Below are positions 58,047 to 60,141 of a DNA stretch of 60,141 nucleotides, piece after piece. Below the pieces are notes generated by a model. The model had not been told where the DNA came from, ran no database searches, and saw only the letters and a list, made by a program, of their open reading frames with translations. The DNA lies in assembly GCA_963619035.1 (NCBI GenBank), contig CAVEUC010000006.1, forward strand, positions 1-60,141, in the 5' to 3' direction. This DNA comes from Lachnospiraceae bacterium GAM79. GTDB taxonomy: Bacteria; Bacillota_I; Bacilli_A; RFN20; CAG-826. Made by a program: the position numbers and the translations under genes. Numbering within the stretch: position 1 is the stretch's first letter; each line of letters starts with the position of its first letter.

Positions 58047-58907
58047 TTAAGCAATAATTTTTGAACAAGCAATAGCTAAAGACCCTGGACCAATATGAGT
58101 TGCAACAGATAAAGATAAAGGGTTAATCATTATGCTTTCTAATGGGATATTAAATGTTTCACTTATTTCTTTTTGAAATTCTATGGCCTCATTTAAGTCT
58201 TTTGTATAAGCAACACACATTCTAATAGAATTAACATCGTGATATTTTTCTTTAATATCATTCATCATTTGATTTATAAGAATCTTTTTACCTTTTTTAA
58301 AGCCAAGAGAAGTAGAGCAAGCATCCAACTTTCCCCCATCAATTCTTAAAATAGGTTTTAGATGTAATGTTTCTCCAATTAAAGCAGCAGCGGGAGTGAT
58401 TCTTCCGCCTTTTTTAAGATATTTAAGTGTGTTGACCATAATATAAATAGAAGAATCTTTGCTGCTATTTTCTAAGATTTCTTTAATTTCTTTACCAGTT
58501 TTATTTTTCTTAACTAAATTAATTGCATCGTATACAGCAGATTTTAATGTAACGCTTATTCTATGATTATCGACAACAAAAACTTTATCTTTATAATCGT
58601 TAGCTAAATTTAATGCTGTTTCACAACTTGCAGATAATCCGCTACTCATAGGTATATAAACTATCTCATCATAAGTTTTTAATGATTCTTCCCATAATTC
58701 AATTATTTCACCTATTGATGGTTGGGATGTATTGATGTTTGAACCACCTTCTTGTAATTCAAAGAACTTATCTTGATCGATATTTTGGTTTTCAAAATAC
58801 ACATTACCATCAATAATAATAGGCATTCTAGTAATCTTGATACCTAATTCTTCAGCTTCTTTATATGTAAACCCGGCGTTGTCGTCGGTAATAACTAATG
58901 TCTTCAT
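58047..58907 (-). CDS. DegV family fatty-acid-binding protein
   Basis: N-terminal VITDDNAGF, plus SQPS and GPGSLAIA, typical of DegV. Confidence 0.9.
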   Translation of the reverse strand: MKTLVITDDNAGFTYKEAEELGIKITRMPIIIDGNVYFENQNIDQDKFFELQEGGSNINTSQPSIGEIIELWEESLKTYDEIVYIPMSSGLSASCETALNLANDYKDKVFVVDNHRISVTLKSAVYDAINLVKKNKTGKEIKEILENSSKDSSIYIMVNTLKYLKKGGRITPAAALIGETLHLKPILRIDGGKLDACSTSLGFKKGKKILINQMMNDIKEKYHDVNSIRMCVAYTKDLNEAIEFQKEISETFNIPLESIMINPLSLSVATHIGPGSLAIACSKIIA

Positions 58908-59048
58908 AACCTACCTCTTATAATCAATAATCATATCAAATATTAACTATTTAATAAATGTGATACTAATTACTAGGTGTATTCGTATATATTATTAGAT
59001 TATTTTTATATTAATTTTAGTAGTTATTTGGATTATAATTTTATTGTT

Positions 59049-59687
59049 ATGAAGTTTGCAATTTTTGATTTAGATGGAACGCTTATTAATACACTAAAAG
59101 GTATTACTGTTGCAGTAAATAAATTTTTAAAATTTAAAAATATAGAAAAAGAATATAGTGAAGATGAAGTAAAAAAGTTTATTGGTAATGGTGCTGAATT
59201 ATTATTTAAAAGATTTATGAATGGTTATGAATACAATACAAATGATTATGAATTATTTATAAAATATTATAAGGATAACCAAATATATTCTGAAGTATAT
59301 AATAATGTTGATAAAACTTTAATAGAATTAAAAAAGAGGGGCTATTTAATATATATTTTAAGTAATAAACCTGATGAATTGTTAAAAATTTTAATTCCAA
59401 GTTTATTTAAAGATATTGAATTTAATTATATACAAGGACAAGATAAAAATTATAAATGTAAACCTGATGTTACGTTGTTAAATGAAAGAATTATTAATGA
59501 ATTCAATTTAAATAGTAGTGAAGGTTTTTATGTAGGTGATTCTTATGTTGATATACAAACAGGAAAAAATGCTAAATTAAAAACTGTATTTGTCACATAT
59601 GGATATGGAGATAAAAATGTAGCCTTAATGAATAAGCCTGATTATGTTATAGATGATTTTAGTGAATTGTTAGGTATTTTAAAATGA
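59049..59687 (+). CDS. HAD-superfamily phosphatase (phosphoglycolate phosphatase-like)
   Basis: Motif I FDLDGTL, SNKP and GDSYVD. Start moved to MKFAIFDLDGTL. Confidence 0.8.
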   Translation: MKFAIFDLDGTLINTLKGITVAVNKFLKFKNIEKEYSEDEVKKFIGNGAELLFKRFMNGYEYNTNDYELFIKYYKDNQIYSEVYNNVDKTLIELKKRGYLIYILSNKPDELLKILIPSLFKDIEFNYIQGQDKNYKCKPDVTLLNERIINEFNLNSSEGFYVGDSYVDIQTGKNAKLKTVFVTYGYGDKNVALMNKPDYVIDDFSELLGILK

Positions 59688-60007
59688 ATGAAAAAGAAGA
59701 ATTATTAAATGGACTAAAAAGATGGATATTTAAAGCAAATTTATATGTAAAAGGCTATTCTTTTGAGCAATTTTTAAATGATGAATTAGTATTTGATGCT
59801 GTATCTTATTGTATTATTGTTATCGATGAAATTTCTAATAAATTAATTAATGATTATGGTGAAGTTATAAACGAAGAAAAAAATATAGATTTTAAATACC
59901 TTTCTTCTTTAAAAGATAATTGTTTTGTTAACGATAATATAAATGTTCAATATATGTTTAATGCGATAAGCAATGAATTTAAAAAGTATATAAAATTGTT
60001 TAATTAA
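59684..60007 (+). CDS. DUF86/HepT-like protein with a degenerate catalytic motif
   Basis: FLNDELVFDAVSYCIIVIDEISNKL resembles the DUF86 core. The Rx4HxY position reads KDNCFVND. ATGA overlap with the HAD gene. Confidence 0.45.
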   Translation: MNEKEELLNGLKRWIFKANLYVKGYSFEQFLNDELVFDAVSYCIIVIDEISNKLINDYGEVINEEKNIDFKYLSSLKDNCFVNDNINVQYMFNAISNEFKKYIKLFN

Positions 60008-60024
60008 TATATAATATTTCACAT

Positions 60025-60098
60025 GGGCCTATAATTTAGTGGGAGAATATACCGTTCGCATCGGTAATACACGAGTTCGATTCTCGTTAGGTCCACCA
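60025..60098 (+). tRNA. tRNA-Ala (anticodon CGC)
   Basis: Acceptor gggccta/taggtcc includes the G3-U70 Ala identity pair. Anticodon arm taccg-TTCGCAT-cggta, T arm acgag-ttcgatt-ctcgt, encoded CCA. Confidence 0.85.
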
Positions 60099-60141
60099 AA
60101 TTGAACTGTACCCCTTTTCTGGACAATCACTGCTTAGGAAA

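Noticed and set aside
1-60141. Mycoplasma-type genetic code 4 (TGA=Trp), considered because of the extreme AT richness.
   Set aside because: TGA ends well-defined genes (35595-35597 and 59685-59687, both in ATGA overlaps). Conserved Trp positions use TGG. All long conserved genes are intact under the standard code.
1-60141. CRISPR arrays, prophage, transposase/integrase genes and known defence-system genes.
   Set aside because: None was seen. The only tandem repeat is the 2 x 21 bp unit at 48278-48319. No ORF shows recombinase, RT, Cas or restriction-type motifs.

Overview
This is a strongly AT-rich, tightly packed chromosomal segment. The genetic code is standard: TGA is a stop at 35595-35597 and 59685-59687, and Trp is TGG. 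Gene content points to an anaerobic, fermentative low-GC Firmicutes or Acholeplasma/Erysipelotrichia-like organism (inference). Supporting genes are class III RNR nrdD/nrdG, rex-adhE, a DegV protein, typA and tsaEBD. About 60 protein genes are mostly housekeeping: Leloir/hexose genes (galM, galK, galE, manA, glcK, malQ), cardiolipin synthase, two ABC systems, asnS, ung and rimO. There are four solitary tRNAs: Gln-CUG, Lys-CUU, Thr-GGU and Ala-CGC. A TPP riboswitch controls a thiT-like gene and a thiamine pyrophosphokinase gene. I found no CRISPR array, integrase, transposase, phage genes or recognisable defence island. The most system-like feature is the nrd locus. There, NrdD carries a C-terminal CPNC thioredoxin-fold domain. 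A TrxB homologue follows 3 nt downstream and lacks the NADPH-binding motifs. A possible 44-aa ORF comes next, and nrdG lies convergent to the operon. Other points worth a second look are an in-frame DUF402-TsaE fusion and a 2-TM protein with a degenerate Nudix-like C-terminus between rimO and a dehydrogenase. Also notable are a 942-aa surface protein with transglutaminase-like and Ig-like parts and two tandem consensus cre boxes beside the TPP riboswitch. Smaller items are an N-terminally extended ThiT, degenerate solo MNT-like and HepT-like proteins, and a lipoprotein gene broken by an in-frame TAA. All domain calls come from reading motifs by eye and were not checked by database search.
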